IMG/VR virus record: IMGVR_UViG_3300043442_000893
Span: 11,296-75,295 of that record
Length of the DNA stretch: 64,000 nucleotides
Source of the DNA: a virus
Lineage: Duplodnaviria > Caudoviricetes
Direction: 5' to 3' (one strand)
Shown in pieces: positions 17,050 to 27,200 of the stretch. A program made the position numbers and the translations under genes. The notes beneath the pieces are model-generated. The model had not been told where the DNA came from. It saw only the letters and a program-made list of their open reading frames with translations, and ran no database searches. Positions within the stretch are counted from its first letter, which is position 1. Each line of letters begins with the position of its first letter.

Positions 17050-17360
17050 GCGAATACGTGCGCGTTATCGAGCAGGAGGATGAAGGCATTGGTCTAATGC
17101 AGGCTTTGTCCATTCTTTCCGCCAACGAACATCGCAACACTTCACGCTGGGAGCTTGTTGAAAAGCAATGCTTCAAGAATGGCCGTCTCGACGAAACTCA
17201 CATCTATGTGATGAGTGTTTACGACAAGCCTGATCCTCATTTTGATCCAACCAAATTCCTCACTTTTGAAATTGAGGCAATGGCCAAGTCATATATTATG
17301 GAAGGCATTGAGGACCAGTTACGCGACCTTCGCGGTGACGACGACGACGAAGAGGACTAA
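17046..17360 (+). CDS. Hypothetical protein
   Basis: ATGA-coupled ORF of 104 aa with acidic tail. Confidence 0.7.
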   Translation: MSEYVRVIEQEDEGIGLMQALSILSANEHRNTSRWELVEKQCFKNGRLDETHIYVMSVYDKPDPHFDPTKFLTFEIEAMAKSYIMEGIEDQLRDLRGDDDDEED

Positions 17361-17641
17361 TCACGCTTTGCATTAAGAATGAATGATGGGTAGCCCATCA
17401 GCCACAACACGCTAATTCCATAGAGTCCACTGAGAGTGCGAATTTGCACGCAGTCAGGAGCAAGCTCAGCGCGTTCCATTCGAGAATAAGAACTCTGACT
17501 TGTATGCAAAGCTTCTGCTACGTTCTTCTGCGAAAGTCCGCTGTTAAGGCGGGCTTCTTTAATGCGAGAAGCAATGAGAAGACGAGCTTGCTGATGGGGC
17601 ATTTTAAGCACATCGGCATTGCTCTTCTTGAGGAACATCAT
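17357..17641 (-). CDS. XRE-family HTH transcriptional regulator
   Basis: RIKEARLNSGLSQKNVAEALHTSQSSYSRMERAE..P...WLMG. Confidence 0.88.
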   Translation of the reverse strand: MMFLKKSNADVLKMPHQQARLLIASRIKEARLNSGLSQKNVAEALHTSQSSYSRMERAELAPDCVQIRTLSGLYGISVLWLMGYPSFILNAKRD

Positions 17642-17703
17642 TTTCTAGTCAGTTCTGAATAGTTGTTTTTATAATAAACTAAGTTTATTAGTAAAGTGAG
17701 TAT

Positions 17704-18897
17704 ATGAGCACCGCATCTTGTCGCTACGATTTCTCTCCTATTGAGAAATATGAGGTGACGCCTGAAGGCTACCTTCGGGCTTGGGCCTCTATTGCTCGCA
17801 CTGGCATTCAGCTCTACACGGATGCTGATGGCTCAGTGCGTCGTGAATACAGGCCTGAAACAGAGGTGGCGTCTCCCGATAGTCTTGCTTCCTTTGCGGG
17901 CAAGGCAATCACTTCGGAGCATCCTCCCGTCCTTCTCGATGCCGAAAATACTAAAGACTACCAAGTAGGATTTAGCGGCACTGAAGTGGTATACGATAAT
18001 GGTTTTGTCAAGGCCGTAATGACAATTACGGACCGAGACACCATTGAACGTATCATGCGCGGCGACGCTCGTGAGGTAAGCGCTGGCTATAGGGTTAATT
18101 ATGATCCTACGCCTGGCGTTACTGATAGCGGTGAGCATTACGATGGCATCCAAAAGGAAATCCTTGGTAATCACATCGCCGTTGTTCGTCGGGGCCGCGC
18201 TGGCCCGCAAGTGAAGCTTCATCTTGATCGTCAAGATGCTGCTGATCCTTCCCTACTTTCCATTGAGGAAAATACAACTATGAGCGCGAAAGTCGTTTTC
18301 GACGGCGCCGAGTTTGAAGTGACGGAGAGCGTTGCTCTTGCGATCACTAAAGAACGCGAAGACGCCAAAATGTCCTACGAGGACATGAAGAAAAAGTACG
18401 ACGCCATGATGTCTGAAGCTTCCAAAATGAAGGAAGAAATGGACGCCATGGAAAAGGAAATGAAGGGCAAGTGCGATTCTGCTGAGGGTCGTGCTGATGC
18501 TCTGGCAGAACAAGTTGAAGAACTGACTGCTGAACTGGCTGCCGCCAAGGAAATCAATCTTGATTCCATGGTGGAAGAGCGTGTGGCTCTCATCGAGAAG
18601 GCTAAGCCTGTTCTTGATGCTGCTTATGCTTTCGCTGGCAAAACTGCCCGTGAAGTGATGGTTGATTCCATCAAAGCAGTACGTGGCGACGAGCTTGATC
18701 TTTCTGAGAAGAGCGACGACTACGTACAGGCAATGTTTGACACCCTTTCTGAGGGTCGCAAAGATTCTGCCACCACTGACGAGCTGCGTAAAGCCGTAGC
18801 TTCCATTGCTTCTCCCGTTTCTGCACCTTCGTCCTATATGGACATGCTGCAGAATGCTTGGAAGAAGCCCCTTTCCATCTCCAAGGAGGCTAAGTAA
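17704..18897 (+). CDS. DUF2213 prohead protease fused to coiled-coil scaffold
   Basis: TPEGYL, ARTGIQLY, ITSEHP, EVSAGY, NHIAVV.RGRAG; helical C-terminal half. Confidence 0.9.
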   Translation: MSTASCRYDFSPIEKYEVTPEGYLRAWASIARTGIQLYTDADGSVRREYRPETEVASPDSLASFAGKAITSEHPPVLLDAENTKDYQVGFSGTEVVYDNGFVKAVMTITDRDTIERIMRGDAREVSAGYRVNYDPTPGVTDSGEHYDGIQKEILGNHIAVVRRGRAGPQVKLHLDRQDAADPSLLSIEENTTMSAKVVFDGAEFEVTESVALAITKEREDAKMSYEDMKKKYDAMMSEASKMKEEMDAMEKEMKGKCDSAEGRADALAEQVEELTAELAAAKEINLDSMVEERVALIEKAKPVLDAAYAFAGKTAREVMVDSIKAVRGDELDLSEKSDDYVQAMFDTLSEGRKDSATTDELRKAVASIASPVSAPSSYMDMLQNAWKKPLSISKEAK

Positions 18898-18899
18898 TT

Positions 18900-19460
18900 A
18901 TGGCCGTAACTTTCTCTGCTTCGGGCACCGCCTCCGCTGGTGGCGTGCAGCAGGCTTATAGCCTGCAGCACAATGCACTGCTGGAAGGCCAACTGTCTGA
19001 CATCCGCGACAACACTATCACCACTCGGCTCAACGAGACCGGCGCTGTTATTCCTTTCGGCAATCTTGTCGTTTACAACACTGCTGGTACCGTTGCTAAT
19101 TCTGCTACTACCATTTCTGGCGCTTCTGACACTGTGCTGGGCGTTAACGTCCTCACCTATGTTGATGAAACCGCTCTGGATGCAAATAGCCGTCCTGGCG
19201 TGAAGAACCAGCAAGCCATGAACGTGGCCAATGAAGGTGCAGTTGCTGTTTATGTGACTGGCGCTGTTACTCCCGCATCTCCCGTGCGCGTGCTGTATTC
19301 CGCTAGCGGCACTGGCAAGGTTGGTCAGTTCTCCCATGCTTTCGCATCGGGCAAAACTGTTCGCCTCGCAAATGCTCGTTTCCTTACCTCCACCACTGGC
19401 AGCGGTCTCGCTGTTCTGGAGCTGAATGGTCCGAGCTTCACCCTCTCTGCTGATTCTTGA
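18900..19460 (+). CDS. Head decoration/cement protein
   Basis: Between scaffold and MCP; IPFG..V, G.V.V pattern. Confidence 0.75.
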   Translation: MAVTFSASGTASAGGVQQAYSLQHNALLEGQLSDIRDNTITTRLNETGAVIPFGNLVVYNTAGTVANSATTISGASDTVLGVNVLTYVDETALDANSRPGVKNQQAMNVANEGAVAVYVTGAVTPASPVRVLYSASGTGKVGQFSHAFASGKTVRLANARFLTSTTGSGLAVLELNGPSFTLSADS

Positions 19461-19476
19461 TAGGAGGCTCTTAAAA

Positions 19477-20385
19477 ATGTCTGAATTCCGTATGGATGAT
19501 GCGGGCCTGTTCCTTGAGCGTCAGCTTGAGTACATTCGCCCCCAAGTCTTTGAAGTGCAGTATGCGGATATTAAATATCCCACTGTGCTGCCCGTCACTG
19601 CTGAAGCTGGTCCTGGCGCCCAGACTTTCACCTATCGCATCATGGACTCCACTGGTGAGTTCCGTCTGATTGCGGACGCTGCTGATGATCTGCCCCGTGC
19701 TGACATTAGCCAAGTGGAGAAGAGCATCAACATCCGTTCCTTCGGTGGCAGCTTTGGCTACACCGTGCAGGAACTGCGTGCTGCTCAAATGGCCAACATT
19801 GCCCTGGAGCAGCGTCGTGCTGCTGCTGTGCGTCGTGCCTATGAAGAGAAAGTGGAGAGCTTGGCTTTCTTTGGCGAAAGCTCTGTGGGTCTCGCTGGTT
19901 TCTTCAACAACTCCACCGTGGATGTTGTCGCTGCTGACAAGTGGTTTACCACTACCGGCACCACTGCCCAGGAAATGCTGGAGCTGCTGAACTATGGCGT
20001 GACTGCCATCATCAACGGCTCGAAGATGAAGGAGCAGCCCGACACTATTCTGCTGTCCTACGCGGATTACAACAAGATCAGCACCACTCGTAACTCCGAT
20101 TCTTCGGACGTGACCGTGCTTGAGTACTTCCTGCGTACCAACCCTTACATCCGCAACGTTGAGCCCATCAACCAGTTGGAAGCTGACAACAGCGTGCTGA
20201 ACACCGACCGTATGGTTGTGTACAAGCGTGATCCTGAGAAGGTGCAACTGCACATTCCTCAGCCTCTTGAGCTGTTCCCGCCCCAACAGCGTGGTCTGGA
20301 ATTCATTGTTCCTGCTCATGCCCGCGTGGGTGGCGTTGCCCTGTACTATCCCAAGAGCATGATTTACGTGCAGGCCTCTGCCTGA
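19477..20385 (+). CDS. Major capsid protein (DUF2184 family)
   Basis: FLERQLEYI, DDLPRAD, YTVQELRAA, GFFN, RVGGV..YYP; strong codon bias. Confidence 0.92.
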   Translation: MSEFRMDDAGLFLERQLEYIRPQVFEVQYADIKYPTVLPVTAEAGPGAQTFTYRIMDSTGEFRLIADAADDLPRADISQVEKSINIRSFGGSFGYTVQELRAAQMANIALEQRRAAAVRRAYEEKVESLAFFGESSVGLAGFFNNSTVDVVAADKWFTTTGTTAQEMLELLNYGVTAIINGSKMKEQPDTILLSYADYNKISTTRNSDSSDVTVLEYFLRTNPYIRNVEPINQLEADNSVLNTDRMVVYKRDPEKVQLHIPQPLELFPPQQRGLEFIVPAHARVGGVALYYPKSMIYVQASA

Positions 20386-20442
20386 GGATAGTTAATCAAG
20401 AAGAGGGGCGTTAAGCTATTAGCAATTGTTTTTTCTTGAACA

Positions 20443-20829
20443 ATGCTGATTGCTTATCGTCCCGAACTTGAAAATCCCCCTCGTGATGCAGGGTTTGGCA
20501 TTATTACCAAGAGCGGGCTCATTCAACTGACGCCTGGTCTTAATCAGGAAATCCCTGATGAAAAATGGAAGGAAGCGAAGGAGAACGGCACTGTTAAAAA
20601 GCTTCTTGCTATTGGTGCCATTGAAGAAATGAAAGAACAAGTGATGGTAGAAGACCTACCTGAAAATGTTCAAAGCCTTAGCGAACTTCCCCTTACGCAA
20701 GCCATTCGCGCCATTGAACTCATCCATGATCCAGATCGTCTGGCAGACTGGAAGAAGATCGAAGGGCGCATTCGCGTAAGGAATGCCATTGCAAAGCGCG
20801 TTGAAGCCATTCGCATTGGGAAAGCCTGA
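20443..20829 (+). CDS. Hypothetical protein, head-associated
   Basis: ORF between MCP and adaptor. Confidence 0.7.
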   Translation: MLIAYRPELENPPRDAGFGIITKSGLIQLTPGLNQEIPDEKWKEAKENGTVKKLLAIGAIEEMKEQVMVEDLPENVQSLSELPLTQAIRAIELIHDPDRLADWKKIEGRIRVRNAIAKRVEAIRIGKA

Positions 20830-20831
20830 TT

Positions 20832-21143
20832 ATGTCAGTTACCTACGCAAGCTTTCTTGAGCGCTTCCCTGAATTTAGTCCACATCCTTCTGGCATTGTC
20901 AATGGTGCCATTGCAGAAGCTTCTTACGATGCTTCTAGTGATGTGTTTGGGGATCAAACTGATAGAGCAGTCAAATTCCTTGCTGCTCATATCATTGCCA
21001 TTCAACTTGCTCAAATGGGCATTCAAATTGGTGCCACTGACGGCAAGGTATATGGTGATGGGCTTGATGCCACTCAATATGGTCAGGAGTTTAAACGAAT
21101 GACCAACAATCTTCCTCTTTCTTCTGTCGGGTTTGTGGTGTGA
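20832..21143 (+). CDS. Head-tail adaptor (DUF4054-like)
   Basis: F..RFPEF, LAAH, T.YGQEF. Confidence 0.8.
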   Translation: MSVTYASFLERFPEFSPHPSGIVNGAIAEASYDASSDVFGDQTDRAVKFLAAHIIAIQLAQMGIQIGATDGKVYGDGLDATQYGQEFKRMTNNLPLSSVGFVV

Positions 21144-21529
21144 GTAATTTCCTGGAGCCACTTGCAAATGCCACTTTGGTGTTTAATGTGGCTTCGGGCT
21201 ACGCTCTCGATAGTGAAACTGGCAACTATGTGCCAGTTTCTTCTGGCGTGACGTTTTACGCCACACTCAAGCAAAAGCAAAATCCACGATACGACCAACT
21301 ACTGGGGGCTGATCTGACTGCCGTCTACATGGAAGGCAGGATGACCAGTCCTCTTACTTTGTCTGGCGTAACCGTTGGCGATTCCGCTAAGGCAACGATT
21401 AATGGAAGGGAAGGAAGGTTTGAGCTATTGCCGAATGAACAAATTGCTATTCACTATTGGCAATTCTTAGGCACGCCAGTCAGGGGAATTTTTAGACTGA
21501 TTGGCAAAGGAAGCGTGGACAACGCTTAA
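21140..21529 (+). CDS. Putative head-closure protein
   Basis: Position and beta-rich character. Confidence 0.55.
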   Translation: MSNFLEPLANATLVFNVASGYALDSETGNYVPVSSGVTFYATLKQKQNPRYDQLLGADLTAVYMEGRMTSPLTLSGVTVGDSAKATINGREGRFELLPNEQIAIHYWQFLGTPVRGIFRLIGKGSVDNA

Positions 21530-21556
21530 TTCTCTTCTCCCATTGAGGAATTTCTC

Positions 21557-22135
21557 ATGCTCTACCATCCCACTGAGCTAGTGAAGAGCCAGGACGTGAT
21601 TGTCCGCGTGGGCTCCATTGGCGGTACTTCTCGTCCTGTTATCACTCAAAGCGGCGCTACTTTTACTGTTAGCGGCGCTCCCACTCTCTACACTCTGCAA
21701 GCAGCTACCACTGCTTCTGTTGCCTTCAACGATGGCAACCAAGAATTCTACCTGCTGGGTGGCGGCGGTTTCGCTGATAGCGTGATCACTACCAGCCAAG
21801 CTACTGCTTCGATCACTTCCTACTTCCAGAAGGATGTTGACGGCACCGTATTCCTGCCGAACAGCTTTGATGAAGCTTTCCAAGTGGTAAGCGCTAGCCG
21901 TTACGACAAGAACCACGAAGTGTATGTGGAAATCAACAAGCAGCTTGGCGCTTCGGGCAACACTTACTATTACGATCGCGTGGCATTTGTTGCTTGCGTG
22001 ATGAACTACAACGAGAGCTATCCTGCTGATAACCTCGTGGAAGTGACATTTGATCTGACCAGCCGTGGCCGCATTGGTATTCACCAGAATGCTTCCGAAA
22101 CTGGCAGCATCATCCCCACCGCTCCTAATTCCTGA
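21557..22135 (+). CDS. Major tail tube protein
   Basis: Beta-rich, ESYPADNLVEVTFDL.SRG C-terminus; strong RBS and codon bias; followed by terminator. Confidence 0.8.
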   Translation: MLYHPTELVKSQDVIVRVGSIGGTSRPVITQSGATFTVSGAPTLYTLQAATTASVAFNDGNQEFYLLGGGGFADSVITTSQATASITSYFQKDVDGTVFLPNSFDEAFQVVSASRYDKNHEVYVEINKQLGASGNTYYYDRVAFVACVMNYNESYPADNLVEVTFDLTSRGRIGIHQNASETGSIIPTAPNS

Positions 22136-22157
22136 TTCTTTTATTGAATCTTCGCTA

Positions 22158-22184
22158 GCCTGTTCCTACGGGAACAGGCTTTTT
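22158..22184 (+). terminator. Intrinsic terminator
   Basis: AGCCTGTTCC-tacg-GGAACAGGCT followed by TTTT. Confidence 0.8.
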
Positions 22185-22185
22185 A

Positions 22186-22596
22186 ATGAACATTTCACAA
22201 CTGCGCGAGACAGTTACTGAGCTGCTTTCTGCATCGCCTAATCTTATTGGCACTTATACATTGCCAAATAATTCAACGCTTCCTGCTGTGTATGTAGTGG
22301 GCAGGCAAAGCGTGCCAAAGGAATGGAAAGTGAAAGGGCTAGAAGTGACCATGCGAGAATTTCCGAATCGACTGCCTCGCGCCATGGTAGGAATGGTGCA
22401 AGTTAATCAATTGTGGGAGGTGAGACTGGCCCAGTTTACGCCAAGCAGTGCCACGTTAAACGAAGCAATGGAAAGAATGGTTAGGAGATTTCCTGATTGC
22501 ACTCCGTCATATTTTCCTGGCGATGATATTGCCTACGAGCAATGCAAATTTATCATTCCTGATCGTATTGTTAAACAATTGTATCCAGCAGGCTAA
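22186..22596 (+). CDS. Putative tail terminator/completion protein
   Basis: Size and position in the tail module. Confidence 0.55.
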   Translation: MNISQLRETVTELLSASPNLIGTYTLPNNSTLPAVYVVGRQSVPKEWKVKGLEVTMREFPNRLPRAMVGMVQVNQLWEVRLAQFTPSSATLNEAMERMVRRFPDCTPSYFPGDDIAYEQCKFIIPDRIVKQLYPAG

Positions 22597-23057
22597 TGTC
22601 GGCAATTATCACTGGCGGAACAGTTATTAATGCCAAGCTTTTAGAAGCAAAGTTGGCTAAAGCTTTTGAAACTTGGACACGTTTTGACGTGAATGATCAC
22701 TTTCGTGATCAATTCTTTGAGGAAAAATGGGATTACGGCAGGGATACGAAGAGGAAGAATGGAGACTTTGTCAATGCAGGTGTTCGTGATATTTATGATC
22801 TTGGCGATCTTTACAAGAGTGGAAGAGATAGCTTTGATGTGTCTTTATCTTCATCTGGCGCTCAAGCCACTTGGAATTGGGACGCCACTAATAGCAGTGG
22901 GCAGCCTTATGCTCGATACGTACACGACGCATTGAGAGGAACGAACGTGCCATTTGCCAGACCATGGACTCAAGATGTTGCCATTCCAAGCCGATTTGAA
23001 CAAAGCGCTATTAAGCAGCAGCTTTTACAACGCATTCGTTCTGCGATGGGACGATGA
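22596..23057 (+). CDS. HK97 gp10-like neck/tail completion protein
   Basis: RDIYDLGDL..S, YARYVH, ARPW. Confidence 0.7.
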   Translation: MSAIITGGTVINAKLLEAKLAKAFETWTRFDVNDHFRDQFFEEKWDYGRDTKRKNGDFVNAGVRDIYDLGDLYKSGRDSFDVSLSSSGAQATWNWDATNSSGQPYARYVHDALRGTNVPFARPWTQDVAIPSRFEQSAIKQQLLQRIRSAMGR

Positions 23058-23317
23058 AAATCGACTATTTATGGAGCGCTGACAATACAGTGCATGCCAT
23101 TAATTGCTTAATTGATGGCGCTGCTTTAGAAGTGGGCATCCTTTGTCTTGTTTCTTGCAGAGAAACGACCATTAGAATAAGCAACGAAAATCATTCAATG
23201 CTGATTGAAGTGCCACCAGAATTTCGCTCTTCTCACGAGCGAGTGAAGGTGTTCAACGCATTGTTAAACATTCTCGATCATGAGCAAATACAGCTTCCTA
23301 GTTCAAACCAAGACTGA
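23054..23317 (+). CDS. Hypothetical protein
   Basis: ATGA-coupled ORF. Confidence 0.6.
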   Translation: MKIDYLWSADNTVHAINCLIDGAALEVGILCLVSCRETTIRISNENHSMLIEVPPEFRSSHERVKVFNALLNILDHEQIQLPSSNQD

Positions 23318-23813
23318 AGGCTATTTCGAGCTGCTGCCCGAAATCCGCCTGAAGAAATATGGCAGTTGGCTTGTCACTGAATCCATTGAACAGGAGGAGA
23401 TCAGCAAGCTGCAAAGCCAAGCTACCATTCGTGCCGTTCAGCTCGCAAAGCGCATTGCTGCTTCGCGTGAGATTCCTCTAGATGAGGCTTTTGCGCTGCT
23501 GCAGGGCGGTGGCTCCATTTCAGAAGCCGAGCTGCTCTCTGAGTTCACAGAGGAGACACTGAGCATGATCACCAGCGGATCGTCAGTAGAAGCCACTAAT
23601 GCTCGCATGGTTACGGCCTTCATTCGCTCTCGTGGGCAGGGTCTCATTGATGGCGAATGGCAGGATCTTGGCGACTGGGAGATTGAAGACACCAAGAATC
23701 TTCCGCGTAAAGCCATTGCAAAAGTGGTTGAGTTTATTGCTGAAGAGCAAAATGCCGAGACGCAGGAGGTTGCAGAAGCAAAAAAGGCGACAAAGAGGAA
23801 TTCTCCTCAATAG
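23280..23813 (+). CDS. Tail assembly chaperone (gpG-like)
   Basis: Upstream of tape measure; in-frame A_AAA_AAG at 23780-23786. Confidence 0.8.
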   Translation: MSKYSFLVQTKTEGYFELLPEIRLKKYGSWLVTESIEQEEISKLQSQATIRAVQLAKRIAASREIPLDEAFALLQGGGSISEAELLSEFTEETLSMITSGSSVEATNARMVTAFIRSRGQGLIDGEWQDLGDWEIEDTKNLPRKAIAKVVEFIAEEQNAETQEVAEAKKATKRNSPQ

Positions 23814-24253
23814 CAGAAAAGCTTGAAGCACGGGCTAGGCAACAGCTTAAGAGCCTGACAGATTGGAACGAAATCTATTTCAGGCTCTCAGCTTCCGACT
23901 TCAAGGACGAGCGATGGAGTGCCAAAAAATTTGGCCTCCAGAAGCTTGACGACGTTAAGCGTGCCTTGAAATATCTTGATCGCCATGACATTGCAAAATA
24001 CAATGTTGCGAGTGTTGCCGTAGCCAAGCTTGGCACTATGGCAGCAGGGATGATGGCGGGAAGAAAGAGCAAAGTGAAGCCTGAGGATTTCTTGCCGTTT
24101 GATACCAAGCAGCTCAAGAAAGAAGATGGCGTTACGGATGCAAGCTTGATTGTTCTACAGCGCTTGATGAAGACGAGAAGAATGGACGGGCGCGTTATTG
24201 CACTGCTTGCCGATGAGATGAAAGCTTTTGCTGGACGTAATCAAGAGCAATGA
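23780..24253 (+). CDS. Tail assembly chaperone -1 frameshift extension (gpGT-like)
   Basis: -1 frame is open from the slip site (GDKEEFSSIAEKLEARAR...) into ORF 23966-24253; hairpin GAGGA-attc-TCCTC 8 nt downstream. Confidence 0.82.
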   Translation, partial: KKGDKEEFSSIAEKLEARARQQLKSLTDWNEIYFRLSASDFKDERWSAKKFGLQKLDDVKRALKYLDRHDIAKYNVASVAVAKLGTMAAGMMAGRKSKVKPEDFLPFDTKQLKKEDGVTDASLIVLQRLMKTRRMDGRVIALLADEMKAFAGRNQEQ

Positions 24254-24287
24254 TTATAGAATGAAGGGAAAGTAAGCGAAAATTAAA

Positions 24288-27200
24288 ATGGCAGCTCAAG
24301 ACGCCGAACTGAAGCTTAAGGTAAGTCTTGACTTGGGATTTTTTAGGCAACAATTAGCAGGACTTGGACAAGCTGCGGCTGGATATAATCTTCCCGTAAG
24401 AGTGCAGTTTGATCGTCGCTCTGTACAAAACGAGCTTAATGCTCTTGGCGCAAATATTCGACGGAGAAATTACAGGCTAACTGTCGAAACAAATTTATCC
24501 GCTGAAATAGCAAAAGCAGATACTCTCGCCAGAAAACTTGGAGAGCTTAGCGGAAAGCTTAAAGCAACTCGCGGAGGGGGTGGAGTAGCACAAGGTCGAG
24601 AAGCAATATCTCAAATCGAAGAGGTATTACGAGGAGGCCTTTCGGGGCGTGCATTTGGCATCCAAAAAGCTCAAGAAAATATTGCAAAGCAAGCAATTTT
24701 ATCTCGTCTTGAAAAAGCTTCATTGAGCAAAGGAGGCTATAACACAGCAGGTCTTGAAAAAATTATTCGTGATCTTGGTGGCACTCCAACTGGCGGTCGC
24801 AAGGATTTAGTTGCACAAGCTAAGAAGCTTGTAGAAGAAAGCAATGGTATCACGGATGCCGTTTTCGACAATTTAAAAGACTTACAGATGAAGCTTCGTC
24901 CAATTCGTGGACAAGCTCAAACGAGCGCTGCTCGTTCAATGCCCAACCTCAACCAGATGTTGGATCGCATTGCAAATCTTACAGAAAATCCTCGCGCAGT
25001 ACAGCGTATGCTGCGAATGATGCCTGAAAGCAGGCTCACAACTGATCTTATTGGCGCGGCCAATAGGCAGGCTGCATTTAGGGAGCAGTATGGCGCGCAG
25101 GGATTCAGACTTCCTGGCTTTGGAGGAGCAAAAGCTTTTGATCCTCTTTTGAAGAGCATTGCTGAAAGTTTTTCAGATTACACCCGCACTGTAAATACTT
25201 CCAATCCATGGATGGGGAAAATTGGCAGTGGCATTACCACTCTTATTAGTCGAGCATTAACGCAATCCCCTGAACAAATGTTTGGAGGCAGGGCTCCCGT
25301 CGCAAGTGCAAAGCTTTTACCTGCGGCAGGACAAACTAGCGGAACTCGCTTAATGCGCGAACAACTTGAGAGAGCAAATCTTCCTCTTCTTCAGGCCCCT
25401 AGCGTCGGCCAAGAAAATGCACCCTTAAGTAGAGCCGCCACTTATATGCTGAATAGGGCTCGACGTGCGTTAGAGCTTCCGATTGGCCCGTATTCTCCTT
25501 ACGAGCCGAATCCCTTTGCTGGAAGAGCAACGGTACCAAGTCGACAATATTTTACGCCAACAATGCAAGCTGCATTGCCGCCAGTAGGCGCAACCGGCGG
25601 ACGACTAAGCTTATTAGAGCAGCAATTAGCTCAGTCTCGCGGCGCGTTTGGGACAGGAGGTGGAGTCGCTGGCTCTTTATTTACTGGTCGCGCACTTATA
25701 AATCCTGGCGTATCAATGCTTTCGCCAGTTGGTATTTCTGGGAACTATAGGCAAATGGCCGCTGCTTTAGCAAATCAAGCAGCTAATCCTGCGTTGGCAC
25801 ATCGACAAATTGCAGACATTGGCTTCGGAGGCGTTCCAACTGCTGCCACGGGGATGTCTGGAGAGGCATTGAATCGGGCTTTGAATCAAGCTTTCCTGCA
25901 GCGCAGAGGGCTTGGTATTGGAGGCGGGCAATCATTGCCTATTTTCAATGCTCCCGGCGTAGCAGTGCAGCAAAATATCCCCGGCATGGCTTACCAAATG
26001 GGAGGCGGTGGACTGGGAGGGTCAATGGGAATGTTCCCAAGTGCGGGAATGATGGGGCCATCAAGCCCGTTGACGATTAATGCTCAGAGCAGCATGTTTG
26101 GCGGTGGTGGAGCTATGCCCCCTGGGGGAGGAGGCGGTGGCGGCGCAGGAGGAATGGGCGGCATGGGCGGCTTTGGTCGTGCATTGGGAGGCGTTAATCT
26201 TCCTGGCGCAGGAGCCATTCGTGAGCTTGGTGGAGAATTTGCTTTTGCCACACAACAGGTGTTGCTTTTTGGTCAAGCGTATAAATTATTAGCATTTGTT
26301 CAGAATTTTCCAGCGCAAGTTGGAGAAGCGGTTAGTCAACTGCAAAGCTTCAGAAATACATTGAATAGCGTCACTGGAAGCGCCGAAGAAGCGGGCGACG
26401 CTAATGAATTTATTCTTGCGGCAGTTGAAAAATACAATATTCCGTTGCAGTCAGCTCGTGATGGCTTTGTGAAGCTTTTTGCTTCTATGGAGCCAGCCGG
26501 ATTTGCTGCAGGCGAAATCCAGAACCTATTTCTTGGTATTACAAAAGCTGCTGCCACTTATGGCTTGAGCGCAGACAAGGTTGATCGTGTAAATTATGCA
26601 TTTGCTCAAATGGCGAGCAAAGGCCAAGTCATGAGCGAAGAGCTTAAAGGACAACTTGGCGATGTATTGCCAGGAGCCATGGGTATTTTCGCCGAAGCTG
26701 CTGGCTTTACAGGTCCAGATGCCATTCAGAAATTCAACAAAGCCCTTGAAGATGGTGTGTATAAAGGCGGCGAAATGCGCAAACTTTTAAAAAACGTAGC
26801 GGATGGCATGAATAAAGAATTCGGGCCTGGCGCAGAAGGAGCCGCCAAAACATTCCAAGGCTCAATCAATCGCATGCAAAATGCAATCAAGAGCTTTTAC
26901 GAAAGCTTTGAGCCTGCTGCCATTAGCGTGCTAAATCAAGTGGCGGTACCCTTGGTTAGTACACTAAAGAATATTACAGCCGGCATAAATGCTTATTTTC
27001 AGGGACAAACAGCAGCTACGCCAGAAGCTCAAAAATTTGCAAATGCCTTGCAAGTAATTGTGCCAGTAATTAGCGGCATCGCTAAGAATGCTGCAATTGT
27101 TGCCACTCAATTAGGATTAATGGCTGGAGTGTTTGGCTCTGCTGCCATTCAGATTGGGAGACTATTGGCTCTTCCCATAGTTGGCTACCTCGCGTCGACT

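Noticed and set aside
19471-20319. 282-aa antisense ORF
   Set aside because: Shadow of the codon-biased major capsid gene
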